Assembly (NCBI GenBank): GCA_039683575.1
Contig: JBDKRC010000300.1
Span: 1 to 16,974 of the forward strand
Source of the DNA: Armatimonadia bacterium
GTDB lineage: Bacteria > Armatimonadota > Zipacnadia > Zipacnadales > UBA11051
Length of the DNA stretch: 16,974 nucleotides
Direction: 5' to 3'
Below are positions 1 to 7,308 of this stretch, piece by piece. Numbering within the stretch: position 1 is the stretch's first letter; every line of letters begins with the position of its first letter. The translations under genes and the position numbers were made by a program. The notes beneath the pieces were generated by a model. The model saw only the letters and a list, made by a program, of their open reading frames with translations. It searched no databases and was not told the DNA's origin.

Positions 1-119
1 TGAAGGGGCGCGAAACGGGCTGTAGAGGGCTTCTGGAGCCAAAATCCGGCAAAAAAGCAGATTCCGAAAGTCAAAGCTGAACTTCAACGCACGAGAAGGG
101 CCGGTTGTTCAGCGGCTAC
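1..119. mobile_element. Probable terminal segment of an insertion sequence (possibly IS5-like) that truncates the downstream gene
   Basis: Sequence ending GGTTGTTCAGCGGCTAC (103-119) abuts the DUF1559 gene exactly where GFTLIELLVVIA is expected. Its reverse complement GTAGCCGCTGAACAA resembles, from memory, ...GCTGAA(C/T)AA terminal repeats of IS5-family elements. No transposase or partner repeat lies in the window. Confidence 0.45.
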
Positions 120-713
120 ATCATCGCAATTCTGGCCGCCATTCTTTTCCCTGTGTTCGCCAAGGCCCGGGAGAAGGCCCGCCAGAGCTCCTGTCTAAGC
201 AACGTGAAGCAGATTGCCACAGCGATCCTGTCTTATTCTCAGGACTATGACGAGCGGATGCCGCTTTGCGTAGGGTGGCTCGCCCCGTCAGTGGTCCTGG
301 CCGGTCCCGAGTGGCCAAATTACTGGTGGCAGCAGGTGGAGCCGTACATGAAGAACCTGCAGATCCTGGCTTGCCCGAGTTCAAGCGTGAAGTCAGTGAA
401 CTCCGGCGCTGGGCCCGCCGATACCCGCTATACGATCAACTATGGCTACAACATCAAGGCCTCCGGGGCCGCCCTCGGTACCTGCCAGTATCCTTCCGAG
501 ACCGGACTGAATCTGGACAGCAACAACAACTACTGGCGGCTCTTTGGCCCCACCCCCACGGGCACGGAGAATGTATACGCATGGAGCCAGACGATCCACA
601 ACGATGGCTTCAACGTGAACTTCGTTGACGGCCACGCCAAGTGGCTCAACGGCGCGCCGTTCTCCGCAGCCGCCCAGAGCACGATCCCTGGCACTCTGCG
701 CAGCGCGTGGTAG
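120..713 (+). pseudogene. 5'-truncated DUF1559 / prepilin-type protein with C-terminal H-X9-DG motif
   Basis: IIAILAAILFPVFAKAREKARQSSCLSNVKQI...YSQDYDE is the conserved DUF1559 segment; HNDGFNVNFVDGHAKW is the H-X9-DG motif. The prepilin cleavage motif is missing, replaced by MFSGY from an in-frame TTG at 105. Confidence 0.85.
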
Positions 714-744
714 GGGCTTCTCAGGGCTGACGAAACTGCATATA

Positions 745-788
745 CGAACGCCAAGAGCGCCTGCGAGAGCGGGCGCTTTTGGCGTTTG
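745..788 (+). terminator. Long hairpin, probable intrinsic terminator of the DUF1559 gene
   Basis: CGAACGCCAAGAGCGCCTGC-GAGA-GCGGGCGCTTTTGGCGTTTG: 20-bp stem with 3 G-U pairs, GNRA loop, T-run at 777-780 after the GC core. Confidence 0.7.
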
Positions 789-853
789 CGCGGATGCCCT
801 GCTGAAACGGAGGAAATAGTACACAGGCATTTACGTAACCACGTTATGCACAC

Positions 854-882
854 TTGACCAGAGGCCCGCGAGGGTGTAGAAT
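854..882 (+). promoter_or_regulatory. Sigma70-type promoter of the hdr-flx operon
   Basis: TTGACC (854-859), 17 bp, TAGAAT (877-882), 31 bp upstream of the hdrC ATG. Confidence 0.75.
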
Positions 883-896
883 ATTCACAACCTCGC
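868..896. promoter_or_regulatory. Imperfect palindrome over the -10 box; candidate repressor operator with a Rex-like half-site
   Basis: GCGAGGGTGTAGAAT / ATTCACAACCTCGC pairs with one mismatch and one bulged A. TTCACAA (884-890) equals the right half of the Rex consensus TTGTGAA-N4-TTCACAA. Confidence 0.5.
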
Positions 897-913
897 TGTA
901 AAGGGTTTCCCGA

Positions 914-1495
914 ATGCGGATCGTTGAAAATGGCGTAAAGATCGAGGCCACGGCTGGCTTCGCTGACGAAGTCGCGCGTGACAGCGGCCAGGATATTGAG
1001 GCCTGTTACCAGTGCGGCAAGTGCACGGCCGGCTGCCCGATGGCGCAGGCCATGGACATGAAGCCGAACCAGGTCATCCGCGCCGTGCAACTGGGGCTCA
1101 AAGAGACGGCTCTGGAGGCTTCGGCGGTCTGGTACTGCGCGGGCTGCGAGACGTGCGCGAGCCGGTGCCCGCGTGACATTGACATGTCCCGGGTGATGAA
1201 GAGCCTGGCGCACCGGTGCCTCCGCGAAGGCCGCAAGCCCAAGGACCCGGCAGTGGCGGCTTTCCATCGCAGTTTCATGGAATCCATGGCGCGCTGGGGC
1301 CGGGGACACGAGATTGAGATCGTGAGCCTGACTAAGATGCGCAGTCCCAGCCAGCGGTTCAAGGACATCGCGCTGGGCGGGGCGCTGTTCGGTCGCGGCA
1401 AGCTCTCCATTCTCCCCCATTGGGTGCGCGAAGGTAAGCAGGTGCGGGAGATCATCACCAAGGACAACGAGCAGGACGAGCAGGCTAATGAGTAA
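914..1495 (+). CDS. hdrC: Heterodisulfide reductase subunit C-like (2x[4Fe-4S])
   Basis: CYQCGKCTAGCP and WYCAGCETCASRCP motifs; overlaps the hdrB start. Confidence 0.93.
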   Translation: MRIVENGVKIEATAGFADEVARDSGQDIEACYQCGKCTAGCPMAQAMDMKPNQVIRAVQLGLKETALEASAVWYCAGCETCASRCPRDIDMSRVMKSLAHRCLREGRKPKDPAVAAFHRSFMESMARWGRGHEIEIVSLTKMRSPSQRFKDIALGGALFGRGKLSILPHWVREGKQVREIITKDNEQDEQANE

Positions 1496-2369
1496 CGGGA
1501 TACAGGTCTCATATTATCCGGGCTGCTCGCTGGGCGCGACCGGCAAGGACTATGCCGAGTCGATCGCGACCATGTGCCGCCTGTTGGATGTCGAGCTCAT
1601 CGAGTTGAAGGGCTGGACGTGCTGCGGGGCGAGTTCGGCGGGCGTGATGCTGACCCATGAGGGAGCGACAGCGCTACCGGCGCTGACCCTCAAACTCGCA
1701 GCCCAGACGCCGGAACGGCCGCTGTTTGCGCCGTGCGCGGCGTGCTACAACCGGCTGAAGGTCGCCCTGCGGGACCTCAAGCGCGAGCCGGAACTGGCGG
1801 AGAAGCTGGGCATCGGGCCGGCGGAGCTGGGGCTGAAGGTCGTCAATACGGTTGAGCTGCTGCGGGACGTGGTGGGGCTGGAGGCGCTCAGCGAGAAGGT
1901 CAAGCAGCCGCTGGCGGGAGTCAAACTGGCGGCATACTATGGCTGCCTGCTGCTCCGCCCGGCGGATATGGATACTTTTGATGATCCCGAACAGCCGACT
2001 TCGATGGAAGCGGTGTTTGAGGCGCTCGGAGCGGACCCGGTGGAGTGGTATGGCAAGATGGACTGCTGCAGCGCGGGCTTGGCCGCGACGATGCAGGAGG
2101 TCGCCCAGAACCTGGTGACGCGCATCATCAACATGGCCAAGTCAGCCGGTGCGGACGGGATTGTGACTGCGTGCCAGCTTTGCAGCATGAACCTCGAGAG
2201 CCGGCAAGGGGACCTGTCGCCGGCGAACAAGCCGCTGCCGGTGCTGTACCTGAGCGATGTAGTGGGTCTGGCGCTGGGGGCGACGGTGGGCGAGTTAGGG
2301 ATGGGCCGGCACCTGGTGGACGTGCGTCCGGTGCTGGCGGCGCGGGAGACGGCTGCGGCGGAGCACTGA
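1488..2369 (+). CDS. hdrB: Heterodisulfide reductase subunit B-like (two CCG domains)
   Basis: YYPGC...WTCCGA...PCAACY and YYGC...MDCCSAG...TACQLC...NLE. Confidence 0.95.
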   Translation: MSNGIQVSYYPGCSLGATGKDYAESIATMCRLLDVELIELKGWTCCGASSAGVMLTHEGATALPALTLKLAAQTPERPLFAPCAACYNRLKVALRDLKREPELAEKLGIGPAELGLKVVNTVELLRDVVGLEALSEKVKQPLAGVKLAAYYGCLLLRPADMDTFDDPEQPTSMEAVFEALGADPVEWYGKMDCCSAGLAATMQEVAQNLVTRIINMAKSAGADGIVTACQLCSMNLESRQGDLSPANKPLPVLYLSDVVGLALGATVGELGMGRHLVDVRPVLAARETAAAEH

Positions 2370-2377
2370 GAACTGCC

Positions 2378-2668
2378 ATGACAACACGCGAGATGCTGCA
2401 GGAGAAGCGGGAAGAGATCCTCGCCCTGGCGGCCAAGCACAAGGCGAAGCACGTGCGCGTGTTCGGGTCGGTGGTGCGCGGGGAGGACGGGCCGGAGAGC
2501 GATGTCGACTTTCTGGTTGATTTTGAGGATGAGGCCAGCCTGTTCGACCAGATCGGGCTAATACAGGATCTAGAAGACCTCCTGGGGCGCAAGGTTGACG
2601 TGGTGGAGGATGGCTATGTGCATTGGGTGATTCAGGATAGGGTGCGGCAGGAGGCGCGAGCTCTGTGA
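2378..2668 (+). CDS. mntA: Minimal nucleotidyltransferase (MNT), MntA-type antitoxin, 96 aa
   Basis: VFGSVVRGEDGPESDVDFLV (GS-X10-DXD) and LEDLLGRKVDVV. Start set at ATG 2378; the ORF-track extension from 2045 overlaps hdrB. Confidence 0.9.
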   Translation: MTTREMLQEKREEILALAAKHKAKHVRVFGSVVRGEDGPESDVDFLVDFEDEASLFDQIGLIQDLEDLLGRKVDVVEDGYVHWVIQDRVRQEARAL

Positions 2669-3048
2669 CAGAGGATCGGCTCTACCTCGCCCATATTCTC
2701 GAGGCCATCCAATACATCAGGGACGATGCCGCGGCGGGGCACGAGGCCTTCATGGCCGACCGACGGCTCCGGCAACTGATTTTCCACAACCTCCAGATCA
2801 TCGGTGAAGCGACCAAACAGGTCAGTGCTGAGGCCAAGGCGCACGCCCCGCACGTCCCATGGCGTCAGATAGCCGGGCTTCGTGACGCTCTGGTCCACAA
2901 CTACGACGGCATAAACCCCGATCGCATCTGGGATATTGCAGAAAATGAGATTCCGCGACTGGAAAGCGCGGTGAAGGCTCTGCTTGCCATAGTTGAGGCA
3001 GGCGCCGAGGGTCCACTTCCAGAACATCCTGACGAACGCGATACTTAG
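2665..3048 (+). CDS. hepT: HEPN-domain (DUF86) RNase toxin, HepT-type
   Basis: DRLYLAHILEAI...LQIIGEA...VPWRQIAGLRDALVHNYDGI with intact RX4HXY; GTGA overlap with the mntA stop. Confidence 0.9.
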   Translation: MTEDRLYLAHILEAIQYIRDDAAAGHEAFMADRRLRQLIFHNLQIIGEATKQVSAEAKAHAPHVPWRQIAGLRDALVHNYDGINPDRIWDIAENEIPRLESAVKALLAIVEAGAEGPLPEHPDERDT

Positions 3049-3059
3049 CTGAGGAAAAC

Positions 3060-5039
3060 ATGCCACGAACCGGTGTTTTCATCTGCCACTGTGGCAGTAA
3101 CATAGCAAAGACTGTTGACGTAGCCGGAGTTGCCGAGGCTGTGCGCTCCATGCCTGGTGTCGTCCACTCGGAAGACTACCAGTACATGTGCTCGTCGCCC
3201 GGCCAGGAGCGCGTGCGGGAGGCTATCCGCAAGTACAAGCTCGATAGCGTGGTCGTCGCTTCCTGCTCCCCGCGCCTGCATGAGCCGACTTTCCGCCGCT
3301 GTGTGGCCGAGGAGGGCCTCAACCCCTACCTGATGGAGATGGCCAACATCCGCGAGCACTGCTCGTGGGTGCACAAGGATATGGCGGTCGCCACGCCCAA
3401 GGCCCTTGATCTCGTCAAGGCTGCCATCGTCAAGGTGCAGCGCAATGTGCCGCTGCACAGCACTGAGCTTCCCATCACCCGCCGCGCGCTGGTCATCGGT
3501 GGCGGTATTGCCGGCATTCAGGCGGCGCTGGACATTGCTGATGCCGGGCATGAGGTCATTCTGGTCGAGAAGACCCCGTCCGTGGGCGGGCGGATGTCGC
3601 AGTTCGACAAGACCTTCCCCACCCTCGACTGCTCCGCGTGTATCCTCACCCCCAAGATGGTTGAGATCGCGCAGCATCCGAATATCAAGCTCATGACCTG
3701 GTCGGAGGTTGAGAAGGTCGAGGGCTTCGTAGGCAACTTCGAGGTCACGATCCGCCAGAAGGCGCGCTACGTGGACCTGGACGCCTGCATCGGCTGCGGG
3801 ATGTGCATGGAGAAGTGCCCGGCCCGCAAGATCCCGAGCGAGTTCCAGGCCGAACTGGGCAACCGCACCGCCATCTACACGCCGTTCCCGCAGGCTGTGC
3901 CGAACGTGCCTGTGATTGACAAAGAGAATTGCATCATGCTGACCAAGGGCAAGTGCGGCGCGTGCGCCAAGGTCTGCCCGAAGCAGTGCATCAACTACGA
4001 AGACGAAGACAAGCTCGTGGTGGAGAAGGTTGGGGCCATCGTCGTCGCGACGGGCTTCGATGTCGAGCCGGGCAAGCTGTATGGCGAGTACCTGTACGGC
4101 AAGCACCCCGACATCGTTACCAGCCTGCAGTTCGAGCGTCTGATCAATGTGGCGGGGCCGACCGAGGGGCATCTGGAACGGCCGTCGGACGGCAAGGAGC
4201 CGAAGACCATCGTCTTCATCCAGTGCGCCGGCTCGCGTGACGAGGCGCGGGGCGTGCCGTATTGCAGCAAGGTCTGCTGCATGTACACGGCCAAGCACGC
4301 GCTTTTGCTCAAGGAGAAGTACCCGGACACCCAGGTGTACATCTTTTATATCGACATCCGCGCTACTGGCAAGGGCTACGAGGAATTCATTGAGCGCGCG
4401 CAGCAGGAATTCCGCGCCGAGTATGTGCGCGGGCGTGTGTCACGGATCTATCCGGAGAATGACCACCTCGTCGTCGCGGGCGTAGATAGCCTGCTGGGCA
4501 AGCAGGTCGAGGTGGATGCAGACCTGGTAGTGCTGGCGACGCCGGTCCTGGCGCGGCAGGAAGCCCGTGACGTCGCCCGGATGCTTAACATCTCCACGGA
4601 CGCTCACGGCTTCTTCACCGAGGCGCATCCGAAGCTGCGTCCGGCGGAGACGCTGACGGCAGGGGTCTACCTGGCAGGGGCGTGCCTCTTCCCGCGAGAC
4701 ATCCCGGACTCCGTGGCTTCCGGCGGGGCCGCCGCCGCAAAGGTCGCCGGCATGTTCGCCCGCGAGACGCTCGAGTCTTCGCCGATTGTGTCCGCAGTGG
4801 ATGAGAAGAGCTGCGTGGGCTGTCTGAACTGCCTGCGGGTCTGCCCCTTCAAGGCCATCGAGGAGAAGGTCCTCGAGAATCCGAAGACCGGCGAGAAGCG
4901 CGTGGTAGCGACAGTCAACGAGGGCGTGTGCGAGGGCTGCGGCACCTGCGCGGCAGCGTGTCCGTCCGGCAGCATCAGCCTCAAGGGCTTTACGGACGAC
5001 CAGATATTGGCCGAGTTGGACATTCTCTGCGCGGGATAG
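3060..5039 (+). CDS. hdrA: Heterodisulfide reductase subunit A-like bifurcating flavo-Fe-S protein
   Basis: VFICHCGSNI, CSPRLHEPTF, IREHCSWVH, GGGIAG (FAD), KTFPTLDCSAC, inserted and C-terminal ferredoxin motifs, QCAGSRD...YCSKVCC. Confidence 0.97.
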   Translation: MPRTGVFICHCGSNIAKTVDVAGVAEAVRSMPGVVHSEDYQYMCSSPGQERVREAIRKYKLDSVVVASCSPRLHEPTFRRCVAEEGLNPYLMEMANIREHCSWVHKDMAVATPKALDLVKAAIVKVQRNVPLHSTELPITRRALVIGGGIAGIQAALDIADAGHEVILVEKTPSVGGRMSQFDKTFPTLDCSACILTPKMVEIAQHPNIKLMTWSEVEKVEGFVGNFEVTIRQKARYVDLDACIGCGMCMEKCPARKIPSEFQAELGNRTAIYTPFPQAVPNVPVIDKENCIMLTKGKCGACAKVCPKQCINYEDEDKLVVEKVGAIVVATGFDVEPGKLYGEYLYGKHPDIVTSLQFERLINVAGPTEGHLERPSDGKEPKTIVFIQCAGSRDEARGVPYCSKVCCMYTAKHALLLKEKYPDTQVYIFYIDIRATGKGYEEFIERAQQEFRAEYVRGRVSRIYPENDHLVVAGVDSLLGKQVEVDADLVVLATPVLARQEARDVARMLNISTDAHGFFTEAHPKLRPAETLTAGVYLAGACLFPRDIPDSVASGGAAAAKVAGMFARETLESSPIVSAVDEKSCVGCLNCLRVCPFKAIEEKVLENPKTGEKRVVATVNEGVCEGCGTCAAACPSGSISLKGFTDDQILAELDILCAG

Positions 5040-5049
5040 CTAGCTGATT

Positions 5050-5150
5050 CTGTAGGGCGGGGCTCCGTACCCCGCCGAACCTTTTTGTGCGATCACCCGA
5101 GTGGCGGGGTACGAACTGCGATGAAGACATCGCCAAGCCCCGCCCTACAG
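5050..5150. repeat. GTAG-family REP doublet (REPIN-like inverted pair)
   Basis: Left unit GTAG-GGCGGGG-CTCCGTA-CCCCGCC (5052-5076). Inverted unit GGCGGGGTACG...AGCCCCGCCCTAC (5103-5148). Outer 15 bp are perfect inverted repeats (5050-5064 / 5136-5150). Confidence 0.8.
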
Positions 5151-5165
5151 CCTACGAGACAACCA

Positions 5166-5699
5166 ATGGCAACTGAAACCATAGAAGAACAAGCCACCAC
5201 CGAAGAAGAGCAATGGGAGCCGCGGATTATCGGCATCCTGTGCTACTGGTGCAGCTACGCCGGGGCTGATCTGGCCGGGTCGTCGCGTCTGAACTACCCC
5301 GCCAACATCCGGATCGTCCGCATTCCCTGCTCGGGGCGGGCCGACCCGCTGTTTGTGCTGCGCGCGTTTGAGCGCGGCGCTGACGGCGTGCTGGTGGCTG
5401 GCTGCCATCCGGGCGACTGCCACTACGCCGAGGGCAACTACTATGCCCGCCGGCGCATGTCGCTGCTCAAGCGCCTCGTCAAGTACGCTGGCATCCCCGA
5501 GGAGCGCTTCAAGGCGCTATGGGTGTCGGCTTCTGAGGGCAAGGAGTTTGCGCACGTCATCAATGAGATGGTGGAGGAGATCCGGCCGCTCGGACCCTTC
5601 CGCCCAGAACTCGCCGCGCGCTTCAAGGCCATGCCGCCCGTGAAAGACATGCCCGGTGAGGAATGTCCGGAGCACGCTGACGAAGCAGAAGCGGTATAA
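5166..5699 (+). CDS. flxD: MvhD/FlxD-type [2Fe-2S] subunit
   Basis: WEPRIIGILCYWCSYAGADLAG, RIPCSGRADP, GADGVLVAGCHPGDCHY, WVSASEG. Start set at ATG 5166, downstream of the REP. Confidence 0.9.
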   Translation: MATETIEEQATTEEEQWEPRIIGILCYWCSYAGADLAGSSRLNYPANIRIVRIPCSGRADPLFVLRAFERGADGVLVAGCHPGDCHYAEGNYYARRRMSLLKRLVKYAGIPEERFKALWVSASEGKEFAHVINEMVEEIRPLGPFRPELAARFKAMPPVKDMPGEECPEHADEAEAV

Positions 5700-5701
5700 C
5701 A

Positions 5702-6664
5702 ATGAACGAGAAGACCAAGCAGGTACAGGATAAGGCGCGCGAGCTACTCGCAAGTGGCGAGGTCGAGCAGGTTATCGGCTTCCGCCGTGGCACCGAGGCT
5801 TACCGCTCCACGCCGGTGTTTATCACCTCAGCCGAGGACGCCAACAAGCTCATCGCCGACTGCACTTGCACACAGAACCTCGCCAACTACGTCCGCAAGC
5901 TGCCCGGGAAGGCCGCAGTGGTCGTCAAGGGCTGCGACGCGCGAGCGCTGGCGGTACTCATTTCGGAAAACCAGATCAAGCGTGACGACCTCGTGATCAT
6001 TGGCGTGCCCTGCGAGGGGCTCGTGGATATCGAGAAGCTGCGGGCCGCCGAGGGCGTGCGTATGGCGGACGTGACAGAGCTTGAGCTCGATGGCGAGATG
6101 CTGGTCGTACGGATGGGCGAGAAAGAGCTGCGTCTGCCGGCCGGCGAGATGCTCCGTGACGAATGCCTCGGCTGCCTCTCCCCCACTCCGGTGCTCTACG
6201 ACGTGCTCGTCGGCGAGGAGATCGAGCCGCGCGACGAGGCTAAGTTCTGTGAACTCATGAACCGCATCGAGGCCATGAGCGAGGAGGAGCGGGCGCAGTA
6301 CTTCCAGGACAATTTCTCCAAGTGCCTCCGCTGCTTCGCCTGCGTGCGCGGCTGCCCGATGTGCTATTGCACCACCTGTTTCGCCATCCAGGACAAGCCG
6401 CAGTATCTGCCGCGCATCGTGGGCCTGGACGAGAACCGCATGTTCCACCTGGGCCGCGCGATGCATCTGGCGGGGCGCTGCGTGGGCTGCGGTGCCTGTG
6501 ACCGCGCTTGCCCGGTGAACATCCCGCTGCGGGCGCTGAATACCAAGCTGGCGTGCGAAACGAAGGACCTGTTCGCAGTGGTGGCCGGGCTAGACATGGA
6601 AAAGCAGCCGCCTCTGACGGAGTTCCTGCCGGGGGATACTGAAGAGGCGATGGATACCCACTAA
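5702..6664 (+). CDS. flxC: FlxC-type [4Fe-4S] protein
   Basis: VKGCDARAL, CLRCFACVRGCPMCYCTTC, FHLGRAMHLAGRCVGCGACDRACP; position matches the hdrCBA-flxDCBA order. Confidence 0.8.
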   Translation: MNEKTKQVQDKARELLASGEVEQVIGFRRGTEAYRSTPVFITSAEDANKLIADCTCTQNLANYVRKLPGKAAVVVKGCDARALAVLISENQIKRDDLVIIGVPCEGLVDIEKLRAAEGVRMADVTELELDGEMLVVRMGEKELRLPAGEMLRDECLGCLSPTPVLYDVLVGEEIEPRDEAKFCELMNRIEAMSEEERAQYFQDNFSKCLRCFACVRGCPMCYCTTCFAIQDKPQYLPRIVGLDENRMFHLGRAMHLAGRCVGCGACDRACPVNIPLRALNTKLACETKDLFAVVAGLDMEKQPPLTEFLPGDTEEAMDTH

Positions 6665-6666
6665 CC

Positions 6667-7293
6667 ATGCATCCTGACGCTGAGCGGCTGTTTGCTCTCG
6701 ATGAGGCGCTGCGCCACGAGGCGGACGAGGTGCTGGCGGTCTCGGGCATCGGGAGCATTCTTGGCGAGCTTGGCTACCACGCCGTCGGCAGCTACGCCAT
6801 GCGGACGATGGTTTGGCGGGACCTGGATTTTGAGCTGGAAGCCGAGCCGGACTGGGACGTCTTTTGGAGCACTTGCTCGCGCTTTGCGGCCACAGGCTGG
6901 TGTATTCGGCTGCAGTGTACCAACGTCTATCGGGAGAACTGGGCTGACGCGGGGCTGTATTGTGGAATGCGAGTGGCTGCGCCCGACTGCGGCAAACCCA
7001 CCCCCAACGGCGACGCTGAGGTCTGGAAGTTCGATGTATGGACGGCGCGGGCGGCGGAGTTCGAGGAGCAGGCGGGAGAGCGGCGGCGGCTCTGGCAGAG
7101 CCTGCTGACGGATGAGGCCCGCAGCTACATATTGGCAATTAAGCAAGCCATCTGGCAGGATCCCAATTACGGCAAAACTCTGATATCGGTTCATGTCTAT
7201 GAGGCCGTGATGGAGCAGGGAATCCGTGACTTGGATAGCTTTTACAAGTGGTGGCGGGAGACTTACGGGCCAGGCAGTGAAGTGTTCAGATAG
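6667..7293 (+). CDS. Uncharacterised protein with Pol-beta-superfamily nucleotidyltransferase signature
   Basis: AVGSYAMRTMVWRDLDF fits hG[GS]-X9-D-h-D; candidate third Asp in WKFDVW; helical C-terminus; no Fe-S motifs. Confidence 0.6.
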   Translation: MHPDAERLFALDEALRHEADEVLAVSGIGSILGELGYHAVGSYAMRTMVWRDLDFELEAEPDWDVFWSTCSRFAATGWCIRLQCTNVYRENWADAGLYCGMRVAAPDCGKPTPNGDAEVWKFDVWTARAAEFEEQAGERRRLWQSLLTDEARSYILAIKQAIWQDPNYGKTLISVHVYEAVMEQGIRDLDSFYKWWRETYGPGSEVFR

Positions 7294-7308
7294 AGGGTAT
7301 CACCGATT

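Noticed and set aside
720-740. CTGACGAAAC resembling a hammerhead ribozyme core
   Set aside because: No stem II between CUGANGA and GAAA, and no supporting stems.
2045-2377. N-terminal extension of the MNT ORF
   Set aside because: Overlaps hdrB out of frame; MNT similarity starts at ATG 2378.
3010-3048. Similarity of the HepT tail (PEHPDE) to the FlxD tail (PEHADE)
   Set aside because: Too short to distinguish from chance.
3045-4298. 417-aa antisense ORF and other long minus-strand ORFs over hdr/flx genes (e.g. 530-1420, 7300-8214, 8662-9657, 11218-12231)
   Set aside because: Shadow ORFs opposite well-supported genes in GC-rich DNA; no recognisable motifs.
5085-5165. N-terminal extension of flxD
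   Set aside because: Runs through the REP element; ATG 5166 is more plausible.
3060-5699. Selenocysteine recoding in HdrA or MvhD/FlxD
   Set aside because: No in-frame TGA; the relevant motifs contain ordinary Cys.
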